Source of the DNA: Candidatus Uhrbacteria bacterium RIFCSPHIGHO2_02_FULL_46_47
GTDB lineage: Bacteria > Patescibacteriota > Patescibacteriia > GWA2-47-26
Direction of reading: 5' to 3'
Length of the DNA: 64,000 nucleotides
Assembly (NCBI GenBank): GCA_001790815.1
Contig: MGDU01000010.1
Coordinates: forward strand, 2,621 to 66,620
The position numbers and the translations under genes are program-made. Every line of letters starts with the position of its first letter. Within the stretch, counting starts at the first letter, position 1. The notes under the pieces are model-generated. The model was not told where the DNA came from. It was given only the letters and a program-made list of their open reading frames with translations, and did no database searches. Positions 48,417 to 58,322 of the stretch are shown here, piece by piece.

Positions 48417-48863
48417 ATGCACTACATAACTTACACTGATGGTGGGGCGCGGGGGAATCCGGGGCCGGCCGGGATTGGGGTTGTGATTTATTCATTAAAA
48501 CATGAAAACATTAAAGCATTAAAGCATGCGAAGGAAGATTTGGAATTAGTGGAGAAGTTTGGAAAGTATATTGGCAAAACTACTAATAATCAAGCAGAAT
48601 ACAACGCGCTTTTAGCGGCACTCAAGCGCGTGCATGAGCTTGGCGCAACTGAGGTGCATTGTATGCTTGACAGTGAGCTGGTGGTAAAACAGCTAAATCG
48701 TGAATATAAAGTGCGGGATCCGGATATCGCGCTGATTTTTACCAAAGTTTGGAATGAGATAATCAATTTTAAAAAAGTTACTTTTACGCATATTCCGCGA
48801 GAGAAAAATAAAGAAGCAGATCAGATGGTAAACGAAGCGATTGATCGTGCACAACATGGTTAG
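48417..48863 (+). CDS. rnhA: Ribonuclease HI
   Basis: TDGGARGNPGPAGIG, TNNQAEY, DSELVV.Q, HIPRE.N.EAD; 8-mer tandem repeat (cattaaag-type) at 48493-48528. Confidence 0.92.
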   Translation: MHYITYTDGGARGNPGPAGIGVVIYSLKHENIKALKHAKEDLELVEKFGKYIGKTTNNQAEYNALLAALKRVHELGATEVHCMLDSELVVKQLNREYKVRDPDIALIFTKVWNEIINFKKVTFTHIPREKNKEADQMVNEAIDRAQHG

Positions 48864-48881
48864 ACATGCTATAATACAGGC

Positions 48882-51182
48882 ATGAAGCGGTTTCTCAAAA
48901 CCATGCAAAAGGGAAGCCAATTTTCCGTTATATACGGCGCCTTTGCGCTGTTGTTTTTAATTTTAGGCAGCTCATGGCTTGTACAAATAGATCTTCACGG
49001 CCTCGCGCAGGCGCAAAGCACACCACCAAATTATGCGGGATTTTTGTGGAGTGACACAATCGGCTGGATCAGCATGAATTGCAGCAATGATTGGGATAAT
49101 AATACGGCAACGCCACCAGAGGAGCGTTGCAGTGGTGAGGGCGGCGCGTATGGCGTGACGGTTGAGGTAAATCCTGTAACGCTTATTGGTACAATTAGCG
49201 GTGCGGCATGGTCACCAAATATTGGGCTTGTATGTTTTGGAGAAACCTGTGGGGCATGTTCCGGAGTAAGCTGTGACGGCAGACCTGAAGGCAGTCCGGT
49301 TGAGGCTCGATTTGACATGAATAATTTGCAGTGCGCGCCTTCGTCCGCTTCGTGCACGCGGCAAGTTGCGTATGTGCAAGGATATGCCCGCGTAGAAACG
49401 CAAGCCAATGAAAGCGGAGCAAATCTTGGCGGCTGGATTAAACTAAGCGGCACAGCGCCGGGCAATACGCCGATTCAAGTTGGCGCATGGCAAAATGAGT
49501 CCGGCACAACAAGTTTATCCGGTTCTGGTTGGCAGCAAAATAGCGATAGAGGCGGAATTGGCTGGGTTTATTTTGATGAAGGCCCGCCGGGAAATGCGAA
49601 TTGCGTGACAAATTGCGGAGGCGATAATGATGTGATCGTTACATTGCCGCCGGATCAAGAAACTGGTTGCGGCGATGGCCCGATTGCCTGCTGTAGTAAT
49701 TTGGTAGACGATGACCGTGACCGAAGCTATACAACTACTGATGAAAAAGATTTGGCTGGCGCGCTTGACGCAACCACAACCGGGGTTGATTGCCAAGATT
49801 ATGACTGCGCCGGCATGCCCAATTGTCCTTCAAGGGAGAACCAAAATCCGGATGGAACTCCCGCTCCAGCGCAATGTTTTGATGGGGTTGATGTTGATAA
49901 TGATCTTGACGCATGGGTGCGCGGCGGTGCGCCTGCCCAAGGCGCCGGAGTTGATTGCAGTGATACTGATTGCATCGGTGCAGAAAATCCTACAGATTCA
50001 ACAGAGCGTTGTGTAACAGTGGAGGCCTCAAATGAATTTAATTATTGTACTGATGGAATTGATAATGACAGAAATAATGATGCAGACTGCTTGGATTCTG
50101 CGTGCGGTTCATTTGTGGCGTGTGTTCAAAGCAATATTATAGGTGATGGCCCAGCAGACGGGGCAGAAGATGACCATCCTAATTGTGAGGGCGTGTGCAA
50201 ATCATCTGATCCTGCAGATATAGGACAGCCAAACTATTGTGCAGATAATGATAATGATAAAGTGTGTGACTTTGCGGACAATTGCGGAAAACTAGGTACA
50301 ACGCTTGTTGCAAATGAGAATCAAACTGATGTGAATGCTAATGGTGTTGGTGATGCCTGTGATGCATTCCTTGAAACGCGGGAAGGATCAATTTATGGCG
50401 GCGGATTCCGGGCGCCAGCTCGTCCGCGCGGATCAAATGCGACATTTTGTCTTCTTTCATCAGGTGCGATAGAAAATTTCAGATCAGAAACTGAAAGATG
50501 TGAATTGACGCTTGGTTTGCGCGCGCGCGAGTTTTTGCTGCTGCAGTACGGCGATGCATTGGCATTATGGAGTCAAGCTTTGCGCGCCCGTATTGATTAT
50601 ACGAAGTTGCGCCAGACTGCGGTTCAGCCGCTTCCTGCGAACCTTTCCGATTTGGGCTTAGCGGCAAATGCTGGCAAGGTATTTTATCATCAAGGTGATC
50701 TTGTTGTTGATCAAGAAATACTTTGGCAAAATGGAGTGCAAAATGGAGCACGAACAATTCTTGTTGATGGAAATATTACTTTTCGCGCGCCCTCACATTA
50801 TGATCCGACTCCGCTTTTGCCCGGTGCGCCTCTTCGTCAACTTGCCTCAGTTGCCTGGATTGCTGTTGGAGATGCTAGCGGGACAAAAGGCAATATTATC
50901 ATTGATCCAGCGGTTGGCGGTCATCCATCAGAAGATATGGTTGGCGCGTTTATCGCGTCAAATAGGATATCAACAGGACAGAGTAGTGAAGCACTGACGA
51001 TAAAGGGACTTGCAGTAGCCAGGCGGTTTAATTTTGAACGCACCTATGTAAGTCCGCCAGCCTTGCCTGCGCGCGGAGCAGAGCTTATTATCTATGACGG
51101 CCGAACAATCTTAAATCCGCCGCCTGGGCTTGCTGATCTTGTAAAAGCCCTACCAGTCTCCAAAGTAGTAGCACCACAGTAG
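48882..51182 (+). CDS. Large Cys/Asp-rich exported protein upstream of pilM (possible pilus-associated adhesin)
   Basis: N-terminal TM; G.AWS..IG.I motifs; C.DG.DND....DC.D..C repeats; E.I.YD.R....PPPG C-terminus. Confidence 0.75.
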   Translation: MKRFLKTMQKGSQFSVIYGAFALLFLILGSSWLVQIDLHGLAQAQSTPPNYAGFLWSDTIGWISMNCSNDWDNNTATPPEERCSGEGGAYGVTVEVNPVTLIGTISGAAWSPNIGLVCFGETCGACSGVSCDGRPEGSPVEARFDMNNLQCAPSSASCTRQVAYVQGYARVETQANESGANLGGWIKLSGTAPGNTPIQVGAWQNESGTTSLSGSGWQQNSDRGGIGWVYFDEGPPGNANCVTNCGGDNDVIVTLPPDQETGCGDGPIACCSNLVDDDRDRSYTTTDEKDLAGALDATTTGVDCQDYDCAGMPNCPSRENQNPDGTPAPAQCFDGVDVDNDLDAWVRGGAPAQGAGVDCSDTDCIGAENPTDSTERCVTVEASNEFNYCTDGIDNDRNNDADCLDSACGSFVACVQSNIIGDGPADGAEDDHPNCEGVCKSSDPADIGQPNYCADNDNDKVCDFADNCGKLGTTLVANENQTDVNANGVGDACDAFLETREGSIYGGGFRAPARPRGSNATFCLLSSGAIENFRSETERCELTLGLRAREFLLLQYGDALALWSQALRARIDYTKLRQTAVQPLPANLSDLGLAANAGKVFYHQGDLVVDQEILWQNGVQNGARTILVDGNITFRAPSHYDPTPLLPGAPLRQLASVAWIAVGDASGTKGNIIIDPAVGGHPSEDMVGAFIASNRISTGQSSEALTIKGLAVARRFNFERTYVSPPALPARGAELIIYDGRTILNPPPGLADLVKALPVSKVVAPQ

Positions 51183-51216
51183 TGAGATATGGTATAATAC
51201 TGCGAACAAGCAAAGT

Positions 51217-52290
51217 ATGAGCATATTTAAACGAAAACAAAAAGGGCATATCGGAATTGATTTTGGCGCAGGAGGAATTAAGATAATACAGCTTCAACCT
51301 GGCGATGGCCGGGGAAATCTTTTTACTTATGGATTTTCCGAGCGAACGCCTGAAGAGATGGGAGTAGATTATATTGAAAATCCAGAGGCAACCGCCGCAC
51401 TTTTAAAAACGATTTGTTCAAAAGCGCGTACGACTACTACTTCCGCGGTAGCCGCGCTTCCTATTCCAACTGTATTTTCCGCGGTTCTCTCTATTGCGCC
51501 AGTGCCAAAAAAAGAGCTTGCCAAAGCTGTTGAGTGGGAAGCGAAAAAATTGATACCTTTGCCGCTTGAGGAAGTTACGCTTGATTTTAAAGAGCTTAGA
51601 TTTCCAGATGAAGAAACCACGGCTAAAAAGACATTTGGAGAAAAGCAGATCTCAGTGCTTTTAACCGCGGCGCCAAAGAGCGTAATTGATAAATATGTGG
51701 CGATCGCAAAGGCCGCAGGACTTACTCTTACTTCACTTGAGACAGAAGCATTTGCACTTATTCGTGCGATGGTAGGTGTTGATCCAGCTCCGGTGATTAT
51801 TGTGGATATGGGAGCGGTGCGTTCCAATATTTTATTTGTGGATCGCGGAATACCTATGCTTATTCGTTCAGTAGAAATCGGAGGAAAAAAATGCACGGAG
51901 GCAATCGCAAGCGCACTTTCAATTGATATGAACCGCGCTGAGGCGATGAAGCGCGATTTGGGAATTGCTCCGCTTCCCGGAAGCGCTCCCGGACAGATGC
52001 CGACACTTTTAAAAGATGTGCTTACTCCGCTTTTGAATGAAATGAAGTACAGTTTTAACGTATATAGAACCCGCAGTGTCATCGCGCGTCCGCCGGAGAA
52101 AATCATTCTTTCTGGCGGAGGCGCGGGATTGCCCGGACTGAGCGAACTTATAACCTCGGAATTTAATATTAAGAGTTTTTTGGGGAATCCATGGGAGAGA
52201 GTGAATTTTCAGGATGATTTAATACCACTTTTGTACACATTTGGAAGCAGATTTGCAGTAGCAATCGGTCTAGCGTTGCGAAACGCATAA
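51217..52290 (+). CDS. pilM: Type IV pilus assembly protein PilM
   Basis: IGIDFG...IK, WEA.K.IP.PL.E, E.EAFAL.R, VDMGA, LSGGGA.LPGL, AVAIGLALR. Confidence 0.9.
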   Translation: MSIFKRKQKGHIGIDFGAGGIKIIQLQPGDGRGNLFTYGFSERTPEEMGVDYIENPEATAALLKTICSKARTTTTSAVAALPIPTVFSAVLSIAPVPKKELAKAVEWEAKKLIPLPLEEVTLDFKELRFPDEETTAKKTFGEKQISVLLTAAPKSVIDKYVAIAKAAGLTLTSLETEAFALIRAMVGVDPAPVIIVDMGAVRSNILFVDRGIPMLIRSVEIGGKKCTEAIASALSIDMNRAEAMKRDLGIAPLPGSAPGQMPTLLKDVLTPLLNEMKYSFNVYRTRSVIARPPEKIILSGGGAGLPGLSELITSEFNIKSFLGNPWERVNFQDDLIPLLYTFGSRFAVAIGLALRNA

Positions 52291-52317
52291 GTCTGTAAGA
52301 TCTGTCGCACTTATAAT

Positions 52318-52917
52318 ATGGCGGCGAAAAAAACAAAAAAAATTGAAGAGGTGCGAGTTAGCTTATTGCCGGAAGAAAAGGTAGTATCCAAAATTGAATC
52401 TCGGCGAACCGAGCGAATTCTTACTGCTATTCTCGCGGGGACGATATTAATAATTGTATCAGCAACTATATATTTGCGCGCCGGAGCCGCGCGCGCTATA
52501 TCACAAGCAAAGATACAGGAAAACGCGCTTGCCGCGCTTAATTTAGAGCTTGCCAAAGTTGAGACATCAGTGCGCACAGGAGGAAATGTTGGCCAGAGAA
52601 TTGAATTTGCAAAACGCAGTTTGCAAAACCATATTGCCGCTGAGCGCGTTGCGGATGTTTTAGAATCATCCACAGTGCCGGAAGTGTATTTTACGCAATT
52701 TGCCGCAAATACTGACGGCACGCTTATACTTTCCGCGCGAGGAAAGAATTTTCAAGCAGTAACGCGTCAGATACTGGCCTGGAATACGCATCCGCAAATT
52801 GCGCACTCGCGTGTTTCAGGCGTATCCGCAACTGTTGATAAACTCGGGAATGTGGAAGGCATTGATTTTAGCGTTACGCTCACGCTTAAGGAGGGCACAC
52901 TGATTTGGAAACCATAA
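52318..52917 (+). CDS. pilN: PilN-like protein
   Basis: V.LLP followed by TM and coiled coil; position after pilM. Confidence 0.7.
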   Translation: MAAKKTKKIEEVRVSLLPEEKVVSKIESRRTERILTAILAGTILIIVSATIYLRAGAARAISQAKIQENALAALNLELAKVETSVRTGGNVGQRIEFAKRSLQNHIAAERVADVLESSTVPEVYFTQFAANTDGTLILSARGKNFQAVTRQILAWNTHPQIAHSRVSGVSATVDKLGNVEGIDFSVTLTLKEGTLIWKP

Positions 52918-52922
52918 TTTAT

Positions 52923-53612
52923 ATGCCCGCATTATTTACAAAGCAGTATAGAATATTAATTCTTGCCTCAGCAATTATCGCGGTTGGAATCGGCGGTTAT
53001 TTTTTCGGTGTGCGGTCAAACATCGCGGAATTTCGCAGTGCCAATGGCGAACTTGCTAAGTTCAAAGAAACGCGCGAAGTCACACAGGAGAAAATTGTAG
53101 AAGCGCGCGCAGTTGCGGCGCAGGCGACCGCCGGCACGCCAGCTGAAATTATTAAACTGCAATCTTTGTTTGTGCGTCAGAGCGAAATCGCGGAGCTGAT
53201 AAATATTATTGGTAACCGCGCGCAGACGGCTCGCTTTCTTCTGACCAATCTTGAAATTAGCACTGAGAAAGCAGAACGTAATGATGCTCGTGCGCTTCAA
53301 ACAGTGCGCGCGCAGGCGCAGCTTAAAGGCGGAGGTTATCGCGAACTTAAAGAGCTTTTGAAGCTTTTAACAGTCGCGGTTCCGCTCCTTGAGGTAAATT
53401 CGTTTACCTTTGATCCCAAAAGCACAACGGTCAGCATCAACTTAAGCGCACAGCGTATTTCGCAAGAGGCGTCTGCTTTAGTTCCTGTGGATACGGCATT
53501 CTTTAGCGACCCACGATTCAAAGCGCTTGGAGCGCCGGTGCTATTGCCTCAAAAAGAGCCAGTGGGACGAGAAAATCCGTTCGCGACATTTGAATCTCAA
53601 AAGAGCCAATAA
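52923..53612 (+). CDS. PilO-like protein
   Basis: N-terminal TM, coiled coil, G.Y..LK..L; ends F.DPRF..L...GRENPF. Confidence 0.65.
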   Translation: MPALFTKQYRILILASAIIAVGIGGYFFGVRSNIAEFRSANGELAKFKETREVTQEKIVEARAVAAQATAGTPAEIIKLQSLFVRQSEIAELINIIGNRAQTARFLLTNLEISTEKAERNDARALQTVRAQAQLKGGGYRELKELLKLLTVAVPLLEVNSFTFDPKSTTVSINLSAQRISQEASALVPVDTAFFSDPRFKALGAPVLLPQKEPVGRENPFATFESQKSQ

Positions 53613-53615
53613 GCT

Positions 53616-55364
53616 ATGGCTGTTCAAACTACTTTTAAAAATGAATTTCTTGATTTTTTAGTTAGAGAAAAGGTATTGAGCACAGAAAAAGTCGGTGAGT
53701 TGGAGTCACGTGCTAAACAAGAAGGCAGTACAGTTGAGCAAGTATTGACAAAGGATAGAATTATTTCTGAAGAGGAACTTACTTCAAAAAAGGCAAAATT
53801 TTTCGGTCTTCCCTATATTGATTTGACCGGAATTAAAATTGATCAGGCAACTTTGGGACTTATTCCAAAAGCAGTGGCTGAAAACTATCGTGTAATCGCG
53901 TTTGATCGCGATGCCGCGCAGCTTAATGTTGCGATTTACGATCCTCGCAATTTTCAAGCCATGGCTGCCCTTGATGTGCTGGCCGTGAAAAGTAATCTGC
54001 GCATCAAATATTATCTTACCTCGCTTAGTAGTTTTACCTCCGCAGTAAAGGTATACGCGGAGCTGACAAAAGAGGTCGCGGAGGTTATTGAGGTTGTGCG
54101 CAGAGAAAAGGTACGTGAGGCGCCAAAAGAAGAGGCGGCAGTGCCGGTTGAGGAGGTAATTAAGGGCGCTCCGGTTTCCCGCATCGTTTCAGTTATAATG
54201 CGGCATGCTTATGAAGGAAAGGCCTCCGATATTCATATAGAACCTTATCGCGGTGAGACGCGCGTGCGTTATCGCATTGATGGAGTGCTAAAAACTTCGC
54301 TGGCTCTTCCGGAAGAATTGCATTCCGCAATCGTCTCGCGCGTGAAAGTGCTGGCGAATTTAAAGCTGGATGAGACGCGCATTCCGCAAGACGGCCGCAT
54401 TACCGAGGAGATTGGCGGAAGGCCGATTGATTTTCGCGTTTCAACTTTGCCTCTTCAGGAAGGCAAAGAAAAAGTGGTGATGAGGATTTTGTCCACCGAA
54501 CGCACCCCGACTTTGGAAGAATTGGGATTTCATCCGGAACATATTAAAATCATAGACAGCAACATAAAAAAGCCGCACGGACTTTTGCTTATTTCCGGGC
54601 CAACCGGAGCCGGAAAATCAACCACCCTTTACGCGGTTTTAAGCATGCTTAATCGCGAGGGAATAAATATCATTACTTTGGAAGATCCGATTGAGTATTT
54701 TATTGCCGGCATTAATCAATCGCAAATTCGCCCGGAGGTTGGATATACTTTCGCAACCGGTCTGCGCTCAATTTTGCGGCAAGATCCGAATATAATTATG
54801 GTTGGCGAGATCCGCGACGCGGAAACCGGAGAACTTGCGGTGCATGCCGCGCTTACCGGACATTTGCTTTTGACCACTATTCACACCAACGACGCCCTGG
54901 GGGTAGTGCCGCGGCTGATTGATTTGAAGGCCGAGCCGTTTTTGCTCGCGGCAACATTTAACGTGGCAATCGCGCAGAGACTCGCGCGCAAAATTTGCCC
55001 GGATTGCAAAGGGCCGGCAGAAGTGCCTTTAAATGTGGTAGAACAGATGCGCAGTGAACTGCGCGCTACCCCGACGCGCTTTGTGCCATCTGGGCTTGAC
55101 GTAAATGGTCCCTTGACATTTTATCGTGGTCAAGGATGTCCAAAGTGTGGTACACTTGGATATAAGGGGCGCGTTGCGGTTGCCGAGATTTTGCAGGGAA
55201 CTGTGAATTTGAATCGATTGATTGCGATTGGATTTCCACAGGCCGAAGTTGTCGCGGAAACGCAAAGTCAAGGGATGATTACAATGAAGCAGGACGCGCT
55301 TCTAAAAGCCATTCAAGGATTTACCACTATTGAAGAAGTGATGCGTATTAGCAAGGAACAATAA
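53616..55364 (+). CDS. pilB: Type IV pilus extension ATPase (PilB/GspE)
   Basis: ASDIHIEP, RYRIDG, PQDGR, GPTGAGKSTTLY, LEDPIEY, LRQDP..IMVGEIRD, Cys4. Confidence 0.93.
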   Translation: MAVQTTFKNEFLDFLVREKVLSTEKVGELESRAKQEGSTVEQVLTKDRIISEEELTSKKAKFFGLPYIDLTGIKIDQATLGLIPKAVAENYRVIAFDRDAAQLNVAIYDPRNFQAMAALDVLAVKSNLRIKYYLTSLSSFTSAVKVYAELTKEVAEVIEVVRREKVREAPKEEAAVPVEEVIKGAPVSRIVSVIMRHAYEGKASDIHIEPYRGETRVRYRIDGVLKTSLALPEELHSAIVSRVKVLANLKLDETRIPQDGRITEEIGGRPIDFRVSTLPLQEGKEKVVMRILSTERTPTLEELGFHPEHIKIIDSNIKKPHGLLLISGPTGAGKSTTLYAVLSMLNREGINIITLEDPIEYFIAGINQSQIRPEVGYTFATGLRSILRQDPNIIMVGEIRDAETGELAVHAALTGHLLLTTIHTNDALGVVPRLIDLKAEPFLLAATFNVAIAQRLARKICPDCKGPAEVPLNVVEQMRSELRATPTRFVPSGLDVNGPLTFYRGQGCPKCGTLGYKGRVAVAEILQGTVNLNRLIAIGFPQAEVVAETQSQGMITMKQDALLKAIQGFTTIEEVMRISKEQ

Positions 55365-55365
55365 G

Positions 55366-55437
55366 AATGTAAAATGTAGAATGTAAAATGAAAAATGAAA
55401 ACGTAATTTTGCATTTTAAATTTTAAATTTTACATTT
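55366..55437. repeat. Family E inverted 7-mer arrays filling intergenic gap
   Basis: aatgtaaaatgtagaatgtaaaatgaaaaatg...cattttaaattttaaattttacattt. Confidence 0.8.
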
Positions 55438-55443
55438 ATCCAT

Positions 55444-55836
55444 ATGGCTCAAGGAACAAAAATGAAAATACTTATTGTTGAAGATGATACATTTTTGGCC
55501 GGAATTTACGCTAATAAATTTGAAAAAGAAGGTTTTGAGGTGGCGCTTGCCACTGACGGCGAAATGGCGCTTAAACTGGCGAAAAAGGAAGCGCCGCATA
55601 TAATACTGCTGGATATTCTTTTGCCCAAACTGGATGGTTTTGAAGTCCTGGAAAAATTAAAAAGTGACGCGGGAACAAAAGCTATTCCGGTAATTTTGCT
55701 GACCAATCTTGGACAAAAAGAAGATGTTGATAAAGGGCTGAAACTTGGCGCGGCGGATTATCTTATCAAAGCGCATTTTATGCCTGCCGAAACCGTAGAG
55801 AAAGTAAAGAAAGTTTTGGCCGCATCCGGACGATAA
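55444..55836 (+). CDS. Single-domain response regulator within pilus operon
   Basis: KILIVEDD, LLDILLPKLDG, LTN, GAADYLIKA. Confidence 0.92.
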   Translation: MAQGTKMKILIVEDDTFLAGIYANKFEKEGFEVALATDGEMALKLAKKEAPHIILLDILLPKLDGFEVLEKLKSDAGTKAIPVILLTNLGQKEDVDKGLKLGAADYLIKAHFMPAETVEKVKKVLAASGR

Positions 55837-55846
55837 ATTTTCGCCT

Positions 55847-57043
55847 ATGGCAATATTTCGCTATAGGGCAAAAGACAAATCCGGCCGTATGGCCGTTGGC
55901 CGGGCTGAAGCGCCGAATTTGGCAAGTGCAGAGCAAGCGCTGGAGGATCGCGGCTTGAATATTGTTCTGCTTGAAGAAATCGCGCCGCGCTGGCGCATCC
56001 CCCTTGCCGGACGCGTAACCGCGCGCGATATTGTTATTTTTTCCCGCCAGTTATCCGTATTGACTTCAGCTAATGTTACCTTGGTTCAGGGTTTGCGCAC
56101 TTTGCAGGACCAAACTCCCAATCGCGAACTTGGCAAAATTTTGAAAGAAGTCGCGGATGATGTGGAAGCCGGCACGCGGCTAAGTATCGCGCTTGGCAAG
56201 CATCCGCGGGTTTTTAATCGTTTTTTTGTGAGTATGGTAAAGTCCGGCGAGACCGCTGGCCGGCTTGCTGAAGTATTGAATTTTTTGGCGGATCAAACCG
56301 AGAAAGAATATGATTTGGTTTCCAAGGTGCGCGGCGCCATGCTTTACCCCGCGTTTATCGTAACCGGCATGATTATCATCAGTGTCGTGCTTTTGATTTT
56401 TGTGATTCCGCGGTTGACTTCCGTGCTGTTGGAGTCCGGCGCCACGCTTCCGCTTACCACCCGCATGCTTATTGGCGCGTCGTCATTCATGCGCAATTTT
56501 TGGTGGCTTTTGATTATTTTGATAGTCGGCGCGATTGTATTGTTCCGTTTGGCGCTAAGGCAGTCCGATTTTCGTGAATCCTATGACAAGCTGAAATTGC
56601 GTATACCGATTTTCGGCTCGCTTTTACAAAAAATTTACCTTGCGCGCATGACTCGCAGTTTGCACATTTTGCTTTCCGGTGGCGTGGATGTGGTTGGGTC
56701 TTTGGAGGTGGTGGGGGAGGTGGTTGGCAATGAGTATTACGCGCGGATGATACGCGAAACTCAGCGCGAAGTTGCGGATGGAAATTCCATAAATACCATA
56801 ATTCAACAAAGCTCGCTTGTTCCGGCCATGGTTTCGCAAATGTTGGCAGTAGGCGAGGAAAGCGGTCAGATGACACAAATTCTTGATAAATTAACTTCAT
56901 TTTATACGCGTGAGGTGGATAATGGCGTAACTACGCTGGTGTCCATTATTGAGCCGCTTTTGATGGTGATAATCGGGCTTGGAGTTGGAATGATTGTGGC
57001 TTCTATAATTTTGCCCATGTACAAACTTGCCGGGTCATTTTGA
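55847..57043 (+). CDS. pilC: Type IV pilus platform protein (PilC/GspF)
   Basis: FSRQLS, GE..G.L, AMLYP, IPIFG, VGEESG, IEP, ILPMY. Confidence 0.93.
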   Translation: MAIFRYRAKDKSGRMAVGRAEAPNLASAEQALEDRGLNIVLLEEIAPRWRIPLAGRVTARDIVIFSRQLSVLTSANVTLVQGLRTLQDQTPNRELGKILKEVADDVEAGTRLSIALGKHPRVFNRFFVSMVKSGETAGRLAEVLNFLADQTEKEYDLVSKVRGAMLYPAFIVTGMIIISVVLLIFVIPRLTSVLLESGATLPLTTRMLIGASSFMRNFWWLLIILIVGAIVLFRLALRQSDFRESYDKLKLRIPIFGSLLQKIYLARMTRSLHILLSGGVDVVGSLEVVGEVVGNEYYARMIRETQREVADGNSINTIIQQSSLVPAMVSQMLAVGEESGQMTQILDKLTSFYTREVDNGVTTLVSIIEPLLMVIIGLGVGMIVASIILPMYKLAGSF

Positions 57044-57081
57044 TAGATGACAACACCGAGTCAATCGTAGTCGCGGATTTT

Positions 57082-57106
57082 GTAGTCGACGGCTTTAGCC
57101 GGCGCG
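57082..57106. repeat. GTAG REP (family D)
   Basis: gtagtcgacggctttagccggcgcg. Confidence 0.65.
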
Positions 57107-57155
57107 CGCGAACTGACGACTTTGTGCAGTCACAAAAATATGCTATACTATACCT

Positions 57156-57626
57156 ATGTGGATAAGTCGAAATAGAACCGGAAAAGGTTTTACGCTCATT
57201 GAGCTTCTTGTGGTGATTGCGATTATAGGCATATTGACCACTGTGGCCACATTGTCGCTGATTCAGGCACGGCGTCGGGCGCGAGATACCAAACGCGTTT
57301 CCGATATTCAGCAGGTGCGCAACGCGCTGCTCATTTACTCAAATCAGCGGGCAACTTATCCGGCAACTCCTGTTGGCGGCGTCATATTGGGAAGCGGGGA
57401 TGCAAAGTGCCTGGATGATTCTGTTGCAGGATTTAACGTGGTATGCGGCGCTGGCGGAGAACTTGTGATTATGCAAAGGGTTCCTGCTGATATTGTTGGC
57501 GGCGCGAGTTACACATACAGTAAAACCGGAGCGCAGAATTATGCCATCACGTTTACATTGGAAGGAAATGTTGAAAATTTAAGTGGAAATTGTACTGCGA
57601 CAGAAAGTGGAATTACTTGTCCATAA
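57156..57626 (+). CDS. Type IV pilin
   Basis: KG|FTLIELLVVIAIIG; ARD.KR.SD. Confidence 0.93.
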   Translation: MWISRNRTGKGFTLIELLVVIAIIGILTTVATLSLIQARRRARDTKRVSDIQQVRNALLIYSNQRATYPATPVGGVILGSGDAKCLDDSVAGFNVVCGAGGELVIMQRVPADIVGGASYTYSKTGAQNYAITFTLEGNVENLSGNCTATESGITCP

Positions 57627-57640
57627 AGGTCGAATCAAAG

Positions 57641-57738
57641 TGTAGCCGCCGGTCTTTAGCCGGCGCACTTGCTCAAAGTAGATTGTAGCCGCCGGTCTTT
57701 AGCCGGCGCACTCGCGCAGCTTAAAGCGCTGCGGCTAT
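57641..57738. repeat. GTAG REP cluster (family D) between pilins
   Basis: Two exact tgtagccgccggtctttagccggcgcact (57641, 57684) plus inverted cgcagcttaaagcgctgcggctat. Confidence 0.85.
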
Positions 57739-57760
57739 AATAATTAAAATATAATAAACT

Positions 57761-58243
57761 ATGAAACAATATAAAAAAGGATTCACCCTTATAGAATTGC
57801 TTGTCGTGATTGCAATTATCGGCATCTTGTCAACCTTGGCAGTTGTCTCACTCGGAAACGCGCGAGTGCGTGCAAGGGATTCAAAACGAACAGCGGATAT
57901 GCGTTCACTCCAAAGCGCATTGGAAATTTTCTACACAGATCGCGCGGCTTACCCAGTTCTAAATCCGGGGGCAAACATAGAGGATCAATATCTTTGCAAT
58001 ACCTCGGGGGTTACTGCATTCCAAGCTGGGGTATGTACAACCGCATCTGACCAGTTGATTCGCGTGCCACGCGATCCATCGTCAAATTCCGGTAATACGG
58101 ATTCCAATGTATACACGTATACTAGTATAAGTGGAAGCAATACTTATAAAGTTGCCTTTACGCTGGAGCAAGCAGTTGGTACATTACCATCAGGCGCAAA
58201 TTGTCTTACAACGGGAGGCCTTGCAGGTGGTGCTTGCCCATAA
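57761..58243 (+). CDS. Type IV pilin (probable major pilin)
   Basis: KKG|FTLIELLVVIAIIGIL; followed by terminator. Confidence 0.93.
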   Translation: MKQYKKGFTLIELLVVIAIIGILSTLAVVSLGNARVRARDSKRTADMRSLQSALEIFYTDRAAYPVLNPGANIEDQYLCNTSGVTAFQAGVCTTASDQLIRVPRDPSSNSGNTDSNVYTYTSISGSNTYKVAFTLEQAVGTLPSGANCLTTGGLAGGACP

Positions 58244-58266
58244 AGTTGTATTGTATTACAAGGGCT

Positions 58267-58304
58267 CGCAAGGATTACCCTATATGGGTAGTCCTTTGTG
58301 TTTT
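58267..58304 (+). terminator. Intrinsic terminator after pilin
   Basis: caaggattaccc-tatat-gggtagtcctttg plus T-run. Confidence 0.65.
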
Positions 58305-58322
58305 ATGGTATAATGGCATACT

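Noticed and set aside
962-57165. oriC from DnaA-box matches (tgtggataa at 962, 26882, 57157)
   Set aside because: Isolated single boxes with no cluster and no dnaA/dnaN; may still be regulatory
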